IMG/VR virus record: IMGVR_UViG_3300035670_000436
Coordinates: 1 to 43,654 of that record
Length of the DNA stretch: 43,654 bases
Reading direction: 5' to 3' (one strand)
Source of the DNA: a virus
Shown here: positions 27,277 through 36,583 of the stretch, one piece after another
Layout of the letters: every line of letters begins with the position of its first letter
How positions within the stretch are numbered: the stretch's first letter is position 1
The notes under the pieces: generated by a model
The model's database searches: none
The model's input: only the letters and a program-made list of their open reading frames with translations
Told to the model about the DNA's origin: nothing
Program-made: the position numbers and the translations under genes

Positions 27277-28524
27277 TTAGATACCCGTATCAGTCCCACC
27301 ATCAACCGTGATACCCGACAGCACAACATGATTATTGCGCTTCGTAACACCAAGGTTCATGTAACGAGTCATAACAGCCTCAAAGGCGTCATAACCCGCG
27401 ACCTGACGCAGCGTCTGCCCATCAGCATCCAGGAAATGCCAGTCCTGATCAGAGAACACCTTCACGGTGGACTCGTCAAGCATGTAAAGACGACCATACG
27501 GCGCGTCAATATCAGCAATAACCGGCATCCCGCCATACTCAATCGTCTGGAAACCAGCAACATAGTTGTAGGATTCCGGATCGACGTAACGCACGTTCTG
27601 ATCAAGCAGGTTGAAGATCTCGCGCTGAACGCCCAGCGAAGTGACCATCACAGACGGACGACCACCCTCAAGGCGAATCAGGTTAAGACCCTGCTGAAGA
27701 TCATCAAGAGCAATCGCGCCAACAGACCCGATGCGCTTGTTATCCCAGAACGGCTTAGCGGAAGGATCAATCTCGCCAAACGGCTCCTGACCAATCGAAA
27801 CGATACGAGCAAGCCCGTCAACCTCGTTCGACCGCGAACCCGTAGCCAGAACACCATTATCAATACCAGCACCCGCCCGGAACACACGAGTCGAAGAAGT
27901 AGTCGAAACAGCCGAACCACTAATCGTAATCGTAGCATTCGTGTAATCAACCGCCGTAATCGAAACGCCAGCAGCCACATTATCAACATTAGCCGTAGTA
28001 CCAAGATCAATAACCATACCAACATACAACTGACCCTTACGGATCGCTTCCTTACCACCATCCGTGTCTAACTGGACAGTCGTCGAAGAAGTCGTCGTAC
28101 CACAATCACAAATGATACCCTCGCCCTTAGAATACACCTGGCGAGCCAGATCCTTCTGAAGATCAGCACGAATACCATCAAGTTCGCCCTTAAGCGCCTG
28201 AAGGAACGCACCAGCCTCATTCTTCGTCTTCGCCATCGACGGACCAGTAACCTGCACACGACCATACAGATACTTCAGATCGTACACAGCCTTATCATAC
28301 GTCTGGTTCCCCGAAGCGGGCAACTGGGCGGACTCGGCGCGAGCACCAATACCACCAGAACGACTTGTATGAAGCGGCACATAAGCCCGCTTACCAACCA
28401 GATCCTCCGACGCAGCATTAAGCCGATTCAGAAGAAGAACCTCATTATTTAACTGCTCCGCAACCGGCCCAAGATAATACTCCTTGAGAATGTCGCTGAG
28501 CGTAGTAAGAGTAGCACCAGCCAT
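27277..28524 (-). CDS. major capsid protein (HK97-fold type)
   Basis: 415 aa. AAGGAGG RBS. N-terminus TLSDILKEYYLGPVAEQLNNE is typical of HK97-like capsids. Follows the scaffold gene and is followed by a hairpin. Confidence 0.75.
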   Translation of the reverse strand: MAGATLTTLSDILKEYYLGPVAEQLNNEVLLLNRLNAASEDLVGKRAYVPLHTSRSGGIGARAESAQLPASGNQTYDKAVYDLKYLYGRVQVTGPSMAKTKNEAGAFLQALKGELDGIRADLQKDLARQVYSKGEGIICDCGTTTSSTTVQLDTDGGKEAIRKGQLYVGMVIDLGTTANVDNVAAGVSITAVDYTNATITISGSAVSTTSSTRVFRAGAGIDNGVLATGSRSNEVDGLARIVSIGQEPFGEIDPSAKPFWDNKRIGSVGAIALDDLQQGLNLIRLEGGRPSVMVTSLGVQREIFNLLDQNVRYVDPESYNYVAGFQTIEYGGMPVIADIDAPYGRLYMLDESTVKVFSDQDWHFLDADGQTLRQVAGYDAFEAVMTRYMNLGVTKRNNHVVLSGITVDGGTDTGI

Positions 28525-28546
28525 CCTACCAACACCTCCTTATAAT

Positions 28547-29347
28547 CTAGGAAATGTTACGAACAACCTCCATAGCCGCCCTATGCGCATCATCCAGATT
28601 CTTAAAACCCGGACTAGGCGTAGCATTCGGCCCAGTAGGAACAGGCGTAGCCCCCTGAGGGACCTGCTTAGCCTGCAAATAATTACCCAGCAAACGCTGC
28701 TGAATACCATGATACTGCTCCGCCGCAGCCTGCAAATCACCATCAGTCGAATACGCAAGACTATAAATAGCCTCAATATCCTGATCAGAATACTGCGGAT
28801 TAGCCAGACGAATCTGATTCTCCACAACCTCTAACTCTGACATAATCTCAGCCTGCTGCTGCTGAAACAACATCTCCTCCCGGAACTCGCGCATAGCCTC
28901 AAGTTCCTGCGCCAAAGACGGAGGAAGATTCTCGTAACCCTCATCAACAGGAGCATCACCATAAGGAGTCTGACTAGTATTGTCCGGTTGCTCCCAATAC
29001 GATTGTACACGCGACACAAACTCGTTCGCAACCTGAGGGTCGTTTTCCAATCGTCTAAAGAAGTCCACAATATTAACAGCCTCATTAGGATCAACACCTA
29101 ACTCGGAAAGCGAATCATTATACCTTCGCAATTCCGCAATCTCCTGAGTCTTACGAGTATAATCAGCCTGCATAGACCGATACACCTGCTGTAAATCCTC
29201 AGGAAGCGTATTCGGATCAAACCCAGTAAAGGATTCAGCCTCCGGCTGATTGTCCCCCACCATACTTGTATCCGAATCCTGGAAATCTTCTACAGGAAGA
29301 TCCCCCGCGAGAGCCTCAGTAGCGCCCTCTAAATCAAACTCCGCCAT
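28547..29347 (-). CDS. scaffolding protein
   Basis: Acidic, helical, 266 aa, located between the portal region and the capsid gene. Confidence 0.6.
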   Translation of the reverse strand: MAEFDLEGATEALAGDLPVEDFQDSDTSMVGDNQPEAESFTGFDPNTLPEDLQQVYRSMQADYTRKTQEIAELRRYNDSLSELGVDPNEAVNIVDFFRRLENDPQVANEFVSRVQSYWEQPDNTSQTPYGDAPVDEGYENLPPSLAQELEAMREFREEMLFQQQQAEIMSELEVVENQIRLANPQYSDQDIEAIYSLAYSTDGDLQAAAEQYHGIQQRLLGNYLQAKQVPQGATPVPTGPNATPSPGFKNLDDAHRAAMEVVRNIS

Positions 29348-29874
29348 CAGTCTTCTCCTTTACTTAAGAGTCCCATCATGGGTTGCTCTACAATGACTTC
29401 GGCGTCAATAATCTCACCAGCGCGAGCCTCAGCCGCACCAACAAGACCATCAACAAAACCACTCATAAGTTCCTTCATATCCTCCCGTGACGGAAGCGTA
29501 TGCACAGTCTCAGTTCGCTTAGTAGCCAGTCCGGACGCAAGACGAATCTTATCATCCATAATACCAACCACCGTAGCGATTGCTGATAACTGTTTCACCT
29601 CAGCCTCAGGAATCAACTCTTCCAACTTATTCATGGCAGATTCTCTCACACGATTAGCATGATGAACAAACTCATACTGTTGTGCTGGAATCTCATCAAG
29701 CACCTCCTCAGGAGGGCCATTCTCTTCCCACTCCTTAACCCAGTACCTAAACGTACCATGCGGAATATTACACTCACGCGCTGTTTTCCGCACATTCTTC
29801 TCATTACTAATCCAAAGAACATACGCCGCAGCCTTATCCTCTGCGGACCATTGAACAACTCGTTTAGAAGCCAA
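29347..29874 (-). CDS. HTH-domain protein, 175 aa (small-terminase-like candidate)
   Basis: N-terminal WSAEDKAAAYVLWISNEKNVRKTARECNIPHGTFRYWVKEW is HTH-like. TTG start overlapping the portal end. Confidence 0.4.
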   Translation of the reverse strand: MASKRVVQWSAEDKAAAYVLWISNEKNVRKTARECNIPHGTFRYWVKEWEENGPPEEVLDEIPAQQYEFVHHANRVRESAMNKLEELIPEAEVKQLSAIATVVGIMDDKIRLASGLATKRTETVHTLPSREDMKELMSGFVDGLVGAAEARAGEIIDAEVIVEQPMMGLLSKGED

Positions 29875-32200
29875 CCCCGCTCATCTCCTCCTCATACTTC
29901 TGACGCATCTTCTGCTCATGCATCATCTCATCCTCAGTAAGTTTCTGAGAAACCCGTTCCTGGAACTGACCAATCGGACCAGCACCCGGAGACTCAGCAT
30001 TCGGCTTATCCTTATTATCAATAACCACAGTATCAAGCGGCGGCTCAAGAAGTTCCTGAGGCGTAACATTCTTAATACCACTATTACCGATAATCTTCGA
30101 ACCAGTCGTAGGACCAACCGCACCACGCAACTGAAGCGACACACGCGGAGGCTCACCAGTAGGCAGATTCTTCTGATCAAGCATCTGCTGCGTCATCATA
30201 TAATGCTTCTGAAAACGCTCCTGCGCATCAAGAGGCAACTCGTCAAACTCTGGACTCTTCATATACAACGCATGCGTCTCCAAATGAGAAGCATGATTCT
30301 CAAACGGCAACGGTTGCAAACCAGCATCCATACTCTGCTGCAACAACTCCTGCGGAACAGGAAGCGCCTGACCCGTAGCCGGATCAATATCAGGATTCAT
30401 CATCGTCATCAACAATTGCTGCTGCGCCTGCTGATGCATAGCCATATTAATCGGCTTACCATCAATAAGTTTATCATGCTCTCGCATAGCCTGCTCCTCA
30501 TCCGCCTGGAACTGAGCCTGAAGCGTCTTAAAATCAGCCATATCAAGATACTTATACGCCTTAGCAGGACTAATAATACCCATCTGAAGCATCTGCAACA
30601 CACGAGCCTGACGACCAGCACGAGTACGCGGAAGACCACTACCAGTCTCAACCTTCACACCAACACCAGCAAGAATATCCGCAGACTCAAACCGTTCAAC
30701 CTTCGGCTTAGAACCCACACCCGTAATCATCAGCATACGCGGCTCCTGATAATACTTCTGCGCCAACTCTAGCATAAGATTACCAGCCAACTCCAAACTC
30801 TTCTCCATCATAAGAATCTGAGGCGCAAGCCTATCAACCGCAGCCTCCTGAAGAAGATCAATAGCAACACCAGCCTCAACATTCGGAGGCACATCACCCT
30901 GAAGAATCTCAGTCAAACCAAAAACATCCTTCAAACGAGCACCAAGATCCTGCAAATGATCATACACATACGGAGGCAACCCTGGAAGAGGAATAGCCTC
31001 AGGCACACGACCAGCAACCGGATTATACTCAAAAATAGCGCCCGGCTCATCCGTAATACGCTGACGCAAAGAACCAACCGGAGCCAACATCTGAGGCTTC
31101 AACGTAAGATTCTTATACTCAATAATCTGCGACAACGTACGATTAAGTTCCTTCTGCAACGGAATAGCCTGCTCAACCACACTCGTATCATACAACTGAC
31201 CAGGAATACGCATACCAGGAAACTTCACAATAGGCAACTTCATAAACGGATACGGCCAATCCGACTCGTACAACACAATACTAGGATCCTTCGTAAACAC
31301 CACATACTTACCATTAGGATACTTAGCAGACGGCAAAAAATACCCAATATAAACCGTACGCACATTCTCCTTCGTCTTCGCATCCACATTACCAAAAATA
31401 CCAGGCAATGTTTCATCAGGATACTTATTCACAGCATTCGGCTTTAACTTCACACCATACTTCTTCTGAATATCCTTAGGATCCATCGGATGCACACAAA
31501 TCGCCCACTTACAATCCTCAAACACCTGAGCCGAATCATCCAAATACACATCAAACGGACTCATCACCTCAACCTTAATCTCACCCTCAAACACCTCCTG
31601 CTCAAACATCCCAGGCTCCATACCCATCATCTCAAGCCGCTGCTTAAAAAAGTGTTCAATCAGAGGATTAACAATAGGCTGACCCGTCTCAGGCTCAACC
31701 ATCAACTTCACACTAGAACCAGTATGATCATCCCAACTAATCTTCCAAAAACCATTACCACAAATAATACTCCACATCATCGCCTCTTCACGCTTAGACG
31801 ACAAATTAAACGCATCCCACCAATACTCAAGAAGAGCCTCAGCAACCTCAGTCGCCTTCATAGCCTCATACGAAGACTGGCCCGGAGTAGCATAAAACTG
31901 TGGCTTAGACTTAACAAGACGAGCAAGCAAACCATTAGAATGCGGAGCAATCTGATTCGCAATCATACGCACACGATAACGAGGCTTATCACCCTCATCC
32001 GTAGGCAAAGACTCGATACGACGAGTCTTACGATTATAAAACACATACTGCTTACCCTTATAAAACGACAAATTTAACTTCCATTGCCGCTCCATAAGTT
32101 CACGCTGACGCTGCAACTCGTCAACCTTCTTCACAAAAGAATCAGCGGGAGCAAACCCCCGAGGACGATCCTCATCACTAAAATTAGCCTCACGGTCCAC
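29864..32200 (-). CDS. portal protein
   Basis: 778 aa. GTG start after AAGGGGG. Lies between TerL and the scaffold/capsid genes. Gln-rich helical C-terminal extension. Confidence 0.7.
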   Translation of the reverse strand: MDREANFSDEDRPRGFAPADSFVKKVDELQRQRELMERQWKLNLSFYKGKQYVFYNRKTRRIESLPTDEGDKPRYRVRMIANQIAPHSNGLLARLVKSKPQFYATPGQSSYEAMKATEVAEALLEYWWDAFNLSSKREEAMMWSIICGNGFWKISWDDHTGSSVKLMVEPETGQPIVNPLIEHFFKQRLEMMGMEPGMFEQEVFEGEIKVEVMSPFDVYLDDSAQVFEDCKWAICVHPMDPKDIQKKYGVKLKPNAVNKYPDETLPGIFGNVDAKTKENVRTVYIGYFLPSAKYPNGKYVVFTKDPSIVLYESDWPYPFMKLPIVKFPGMRIPGQLYDTSVVEQAIPLQKELNRTLSQIIEYKNLTLKPQMLAPVGSLRQRITDEPGAIFEYNPVAGRVPEAIPLPGLPPYVYDHLQDLGARLKDVFGLTEILQGDVPPNVEAGVAIDLLQEAAVDRLAPQILMMEKSLELAGNLMLELAQKYYQEPRMLMITGVGSKPKVERFESADILAGVGVKVETGSGLPRTRAGRQARVLQMLQMGIISPAKAYKYLDMADFKTLQAQFQADEEQAMREHDKLIDGKPINMAMHQQAQQQLLMTMMNPDIDPATGQALPVPQELLQQSMDAGLQPLPFENHASHLETHALYMKSPEFDELPLDAQERFQKHYMMTQQMLDQKNLPTGEPPRVSLQLRGAVGPTTGSKIIGNSGIKNVTPQELLEPPLDTVVIDNKDKPNAESPGAGPIGQFQERVSQKLTEDEMMHEQKMRQKYEEEMSGVGF

Positions 32201-32332
32201 TCCACACCCCCTTACTAATCAATAAACTCAATATCAGAAGCAACAAGCCCAGTAGATTCTAACAACGACTTATACTCGTGCGGACTAATCATACCCTGAT
32301 TCAACGCCCAATCCGCATCCTGCTCCTCCTCA

Positions 32333-32671
32333 CTAATCCTTAGTTGTCCCAGCGGTACGTCGCTTAGCGGTTGGCTTCCCTCCAGCCTTAGCCTTTCCAA
32401 CCGGAGCCTCTCCTCCTCCAACGCTAGCATCCTCTCCGTCCACGACCTCTGCGTTTCCAGAATCTCCCGCATCACGCTTAGTAATAGTGTATCCTGCCTG
32501 CTCCGCCAACCAAACAATCGTAGCCTCCTTAACAACACGAGTGCGATGATTACGCAAATACGTCGTAGAACGATTCTTTACACCAGTATCAAACACCTTC
32601 TCACCCGGCGTACAACGCTCACCCGTAATAGCATCAGCACCATTACCACGAATCTCAATAAAACCAGTCAT
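32333..32671 (-). CDS. hypothetical protein, 112 aa
   Basis: ATG directly follows the TerL stop. Good RNY codon periodicity through the Gly/Ala/Glu-rich tail. Confidence 0.5.
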   Translation of the reverse strand: MTGFIEIRGNGADAITGERCTPGEKVFDTGVKNRSTTYLRNHRTRVVKEATIVWLAEQAGYTITKRDAGDSGNAEVVDGEDASVGGGEAPVGKAKAGGKPTAKRRTAGTTKD

Positions 32672-34141
32672 TTACCACATACTCCCTAAATATTCGTCAA
32701 CAAAACGGTCTTCGCTCTTATCATTCGACGGCCTATCCTGCAAAACCCAGTCTGGAAGGCCCGAAGGGTCCTTCTTTTCCTCAAAAAACGATTCTCCAAG
32801 CAACGCACCAGCCGTACGCAACGCAATCTCCACCGAATCCAAACAGTCATCTTTAGGATTACTAATACTCGCATCATAATTGATCCACTCATCAATAAAA
32901 TCCTTATGCTCAGCCTTCACACGCACCTTACCAATGCGAAAAAGCGGACTCATAGCCATAATACGCTCATACTTCTTACCTTTAGCAAAAATAGGAACAA
33001 TAGGAGGCATACTTGGCAGCCTTTCAGCCTGCTGGACCAAGGCTGCCTGATACGCATTAGACTCGATACCTATAATATCCGGATTATATCTTAGATAATA
33101 TTCTTGGATTCGTTCTAATTGTTCTACGAATGGTATTTTTGCGGCGTATTGGTCGATTAGGAATACTTGGTTATTGTCTGAGACGCCTACGACGCTGATT
33201 ACGAAGCGGTCACCCCTGCCGCTCATGCTTACTGCGGGGTCTACGCCCATGTATTTGCGTAGTTTTTGTAGTGTTCCGTCACTATTACGGGGTAGATCGT
33301 CTTCGGTATAGTATTTTAACCATTCTCCGGACAGGTCGCGGCCTGCCATCGAGTCGAAAGCAGCCATATATTCTTGCGCAAACAAGAGCGGGTGGTATCG
33401 TTGCTTGGTATATTCCCATTCTTTCTTAGGAAAGTACGGATTATCAATGCTTCGATACTCTACCCGGCCCTGGTTAGGGTCTTTCATCGCGTCTTTGTTC
33501 CAGAATTCTTCGTAAAACCAGTTTTTACCATCCGGAGTGGTTGTTGTGATAAGCAAACCCTGCTTATCTGACAAGGCGGGTCGCATTACCTGCCACGGCT
33601 CCTCGCTCCTAATAAACGCGGCCTCGTCCATCCAGAGAATATCAAGGCCCGCGCCGCGAAGACTCTGAGGATCATCCGACGACTTGAACTCTACAAGACT
33701 ACCATTAGGAAATTCAAAGGTCATTGCGCCCCGGTTTTCTTTCACATCCTTACCGATAGACATCCCAGCCTCCGTAATAACCTTACGCAAAGTTAAAAGA
33801 GCCGGACGCAATACCTTATAATCTTTACTCGTAGCCCACACCCAGAGAGGATTATCAGAATCCTTCCCATACGCATCCTTATGAAACTGGTCAGGATACA
33901 TACAATAGAATAATACTTCCCACGCAGCCGAAAGAGTCTTACCTCCCCGGCGCCCAGCCACCAGATGCCTAAACCGCGTCAAAGAAGCCTCATTAGCATT
34001 ACAATGAAACAAAGTCTGGTAATAATGCGGCGCATACCCATTAGACAAGAACCAGCCCATCTTCTCAGGAAATTGTAGAATAATCTCTTCCAAATCCTTA
34101 GGCTTAACACTAACACCATCTTTAAACGTATAATTAGGCAT
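32672..34141 (-). CDS. terL: terminase large subunit
   Basis: Walker A VAGRRGGKT. Walker B ILWMDEAAF. RNaseH-like nuclease motifs GVDPAVS...FVISVVG, IGIESNAYQ, DDCLDSVEIAL. Confidence 0.85.
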   Translation of the reverse strand: MPNYTFKDGVSVKPKDLEEIILQFPEKMGWFLSNGYAPHYYQTLFHCNANEASLTRFRHLVAGRRGGKTLSAAWEVLFYCMYPDQFHKDAYGKDSDNPLWVWATSKDYKVLRPALLTLRKVITEAGMSIGKDVKENRGAMTFEFPNGSLVEFKSSDDPQSLRGAGLDILWMDEAAFIRSEEPWQVMRPALSDKQGLLITTTTPDGKNWFYEEFWNKDAMKDPNQGRVEYRSIDNPYFPKKEWEYTKQRYHPLLFAQEYMAAFDSMAGRDLSGEWLKYYTEDDLPRNSDGTLQKLRKYMGVDPAVSMSGRGDRFVISVVGVSDNNQVFLIDQYAAKIPFVEQLERIQEYYLRYNPDIIGIESNAYQAALVQQAERLPSMPPIVPIFAKGKKYERIMAMSPLFRIGKVRVKAEHKDFIDEWINYDASISNPKDDCLDSVEIALRTAGALLGESFFEEKKDPSGLPDWVLQDRPSNDKSEDRFVDEYLGSMW

Positions 34142-34149
34142 ACGCCCTC

Positions 34150-34287
34150 CTAGTGTGGCCTCCGCGCATTACAAGCCCCACAACGACGCATATAATACTG
34201 ATTCTCACTAGAACACTTAACACAAGACCAGGATTCTTTAGGAACATCAATCTTACGAATCTTGGGTTGAACATTAGAATTAAACAC
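34150..34287 (-). CDS. 45-aa zinc-ribbon micro-protein (RanBP2-type-like W-C-x2-C...C-x2-C)
   Basis: GTG start 5 nt after the upstream stop, with GAGGAG as RBS. Sequence FNSNVQPKIRKIDVPKESWSCVKCSSENQYYMRRCGACNARRPH. Below the ORF-track cutoff. Confidence 0.4.
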   Translation of the reverse strand: MFNSNVQPKIRKIDVPKESWSCVKCSSENQYYMRRCGACNARRPH

Positions 34288-34290
34288 TAT

Positions 34291-34533
34291 CTACTCCTCA
34301 GTAGTATCCTCAACAATAAGAGTAGGATACATAACTTTAATCATCTTATCAGTAAAACCAAGACTCTTAGCATGATTAACCGTCGCGGCGCGAGTTTCAG
34401 CCTGCCGCGCCTTCTCGGCCTGTCGTTCGCGGTCAGCCTTCTCGTCAGCCTTCCGCTGCTTGATCTCGTCCGGCGTAAAGTCGCGCTCAACGATCTTGCC
34501 GGTATCGCTCCAAACTTCGGTAACGTTAGGCAT
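34291..34533 (-). CDS. hypothetical protein, 80 aa, charged helical centre
   Basis: ATG 34533 overlaps the upstream stop (ATGCCTAA). Confidence 0.45.
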   Translation of the reverse strand: MPNVTEVWSDTGKIVERDFTPDEIKQRKADEKADRERQAEKARQAETRAATVNHAKSLGFTDKMIKVMYPTLIVEDTTEE

Positions 34534-35314
34534 CGCGATACCCATACACACGGAGAGTGCCCGTCAGGTTGCCCGATGAGGGGAAGATCGAAAAACCATC
34601 ATACGATGTTCCTACCAGATGGTGACCCGCAAGGTAATGCGTTGTCAGGTTGGCGACATTATCGTCGCCGGTTGCGGAAGAGTGAAATAGCGTAGCCACC
34701 GCATCAAATGGGCGGAAAATATCAAGCGTAAGGGAAGTGCGGTCAGCAAACGCATAACCATATTCCCAATACGTCACGTTATTGCCGCGCCAACTCGAAA
34801 TAGTTGCGCTTTGGCTACTGGTCTGAATCCCGGAAAAATAGTAATTAACGGAAGAATCTGTACCGCTTGCACGCATCCTCATACGAAGAATGCTCCCGGA
34901 AACACTAGCCGATGTCGTATGCAGCATCACTCTGTAGTTATCGTACGTCGCTGAAAAACAATCGTTGACGTTGATTGCAGATGATGTCGAAAACGCTACG
35001 GTCGTGATATGCACCATCCCCACCGTATCTAACTTAGTCTGAGCCGAAGTAGGCACACCATCAGTCGAATCCAAATCACTAACCTCAACCCAAGCAGAAC
35101 CAGAATACACAAACACCTTCTGATTATCCAACTGATACACCATCGTACCCTCAGCAACACTCAAAGCACTCTTAGCCGAATCATCAGCAACAGTCACATG
35201 ACCAAACTTAATCGAATCAAAATTATCCCGAACATAAGTATTCCAATCCGACGCCAGAATCTCACTAGTCCCCGCCGTCTGAGTAGGAACACCATCCATA
35301 TTCGCGTAAGACAT
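34526..35314 (-). CDS. tail fibre / receptor-binding-like protein, 262 aa (first gene of the arm)
   Basis: N-terminus ...ILASDWNTYVRDNFDSI and a Ser/Thr-rich beta-like C-terminal half. GAGGGGGG RBS. Confidence 0.45.
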   Translation of the reverse strand: MSYANMDGVPTQTAGTSEILASDWNTYVRDNFDSIKFGHVTVADDSAKSALSVAEGTMVYQLDNQKVFVYSGSAWVEVSDLDSTDGVPTSAQTKLDTVGMVHITTVAFSTSSAINVNDCFSATYDNYRVMLHTTSASVSGSILRMRMRASGTDSSVNYYFSGIQTSSQSATISSWRGNNVTYWEYGYAFADRTSLTLDIFRPFDAVATLFHSSATGDDNVANLTTHYLAGHHLVGTSYDGFSIFPSSGNLTGTLRVYGYRDA

Positions 35315-35329
35315 AAAACACCCCCCTCA

Positions 35330-36050
35330 GGATAAAATAGAAAAAAAACATGCCTCTACTAATAACAACGAAAAAAGTAACAAAAAAGTGACATTAAAGT
35401 CTACTGTGCTAAAAATATTTATGGTTTAATATATATATATGTCAGTATTGGAACGGGGGATGCCCTATGCATATATGGAATATATGCTAGGAGCCTAAAA
35501 CTAGTAGTTACTAGTTTTAGTAGAGCCTGGTAATATTATACACTTTGTGTATAATATTCTAGTATTGCCGGATGACTAGTATATATATAACCCTATGGGT
35601 TATACTATATACTACTAATAATCCTATCAGCCTATATATATTATATATATAATATATATAATACTCTAGTACTACAATGTAGTACTAGGTTTATAGTACT
35701 AAGTAAGTATACTTAGTACTATACTTATACTACTAACTTTGTTAGTAGTAAAGCCAAATAATACTTAGAATAAGTATTGTTTGTTATGACACTTTGGTAC
35801 TAGACTTAGTACTACTACTTGTAGTAGTACTGGGTAATATCCTTACTTGTAAGGATATTAGTTTCTACTTCTTCTCTTATTTAAGAACTACTGTGCCTTT
35901 GGCAAGTAGTTCTATAAGAGATAGAAGTAGGTTTAGACTCTCTACTCCTATGAGTAGAGAGTCTAGGGAGTTGGCCGAAAGACCATATATCCCTTCAGTA
36001 CGGTTCTACTTCGTAACGTAGTGAGAAGTAGAACCTACTAGAAGGGAATA
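35330..36050. promoter_or_regulatory. AT-rich divergent control region containing at least 13 distinct perfect hairpins/palindromes and (TA)n tracts
   Basis: See findings for arm coordinates. No credible ORF. Lies between the divergently transcribed arms. Confidence 0.8.
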
Positions 36051-36053
36051 AAG

Positions 36054-36512
36054 ATGACCAACGACGAACTCCTCAGCAAGATCGATTCGCTGTCCGCCGA
36101 TCAGATCAACGATCTGAAGGCTGCTCTTGCTCCTTCGGAGCAGGACGAGTCGGTCGAGGTTCCGGCGAAGCCGGTCGGCAAGATCAAGTGCAAGGTCTGT
36201 GGCTTCCACAAGAAGCCTCGCAAGGTGCTGGTGGACACCGGTATCTGCAAGGTCTGCACCGATGCCGTCAAGGACGGCAAGGACGGCGAGATCGAAGTCG
36301 TCGGTCGGATGGGCAAGCGTGGCCGAAACTCCGTTTCGGTGGTGATCGACGGTCAGCGGTTCCGCGTCAAGCGGCTGTCGAGCAAGCACTCGGAGCGTGT
36401 CGCAAAGCGACACGGCAGCAAGGCCAAGGGCCATGCCCGCAAGGGCAAGCAGGGCTCCACGCCGCCGCAGGGCCTGCCCACGTCGAGCCGCCTGCCGGGT
36501 GACCCCCGGTAG
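36054..36512 (+). CDS. zinc-ribbon protein with basic tail, 152 aa, GC-rich codon usage
   Basis: CKVCGF...CKVCTD pair. G/C-ending codons dominate. GAAGGGA RBS-like sequence upstream. Confidence 0.55.
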   Translation: MTNDELLSKIDSLSADQINDLKAALAPSEQDESVEVPAKPVGKIKCKVCGFHKKPRKVLVDTGICKVCTDAVKDGKDGEIEVVGRMGKRGRNSVSVVIDGQRFRVKRLSSKHSERVAKRHGSKAKGHARKGKQGSTPPQGLPTSSRLPGDPR

Positions 36513-36516
36513 GCAC

Positions 36517-36545
36517 TTGCACCTGCCCCGCATACCTGCTACGCT
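36517..36545 (+). promoter_or_regulatory. candidate sigma-70-type promoter
   Basis: TTGCAC, 17 nt, TACGCT, about 40 nt upstream of gene 36584. The CTTGCACC word recurs at ~38128. Confidence 0.3.
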
Positions 36546-36583
36546 AAGCACACACTCACGGAAAAACCGGAGGTTTTTGTAAA

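Noticed and set aside
35794-36021. 75-aa ORF inside the hairpin forest
   Set aside because: It is built almost entirely from palindrome arms, has no RBS and has non-coding AT-rich composition.
35330-36050. CRISPR array
   Set aside because: The hairpins all differ in sequence. There is no repeated unit with regular spacers and there are no cas genes.
36006-36582. Multiple overlapping ORFs in other frames and strands over the Zn-ribbon gene (36006-36551 minus, 36127-36345, 36188-36502, 36397-36582)
   Set aside because: These are shadow ORFs typical of a GC-rich segment. Only the 36054-36512 frame has an RBS-like sequence, a CxxC pair and third-position GC bias.
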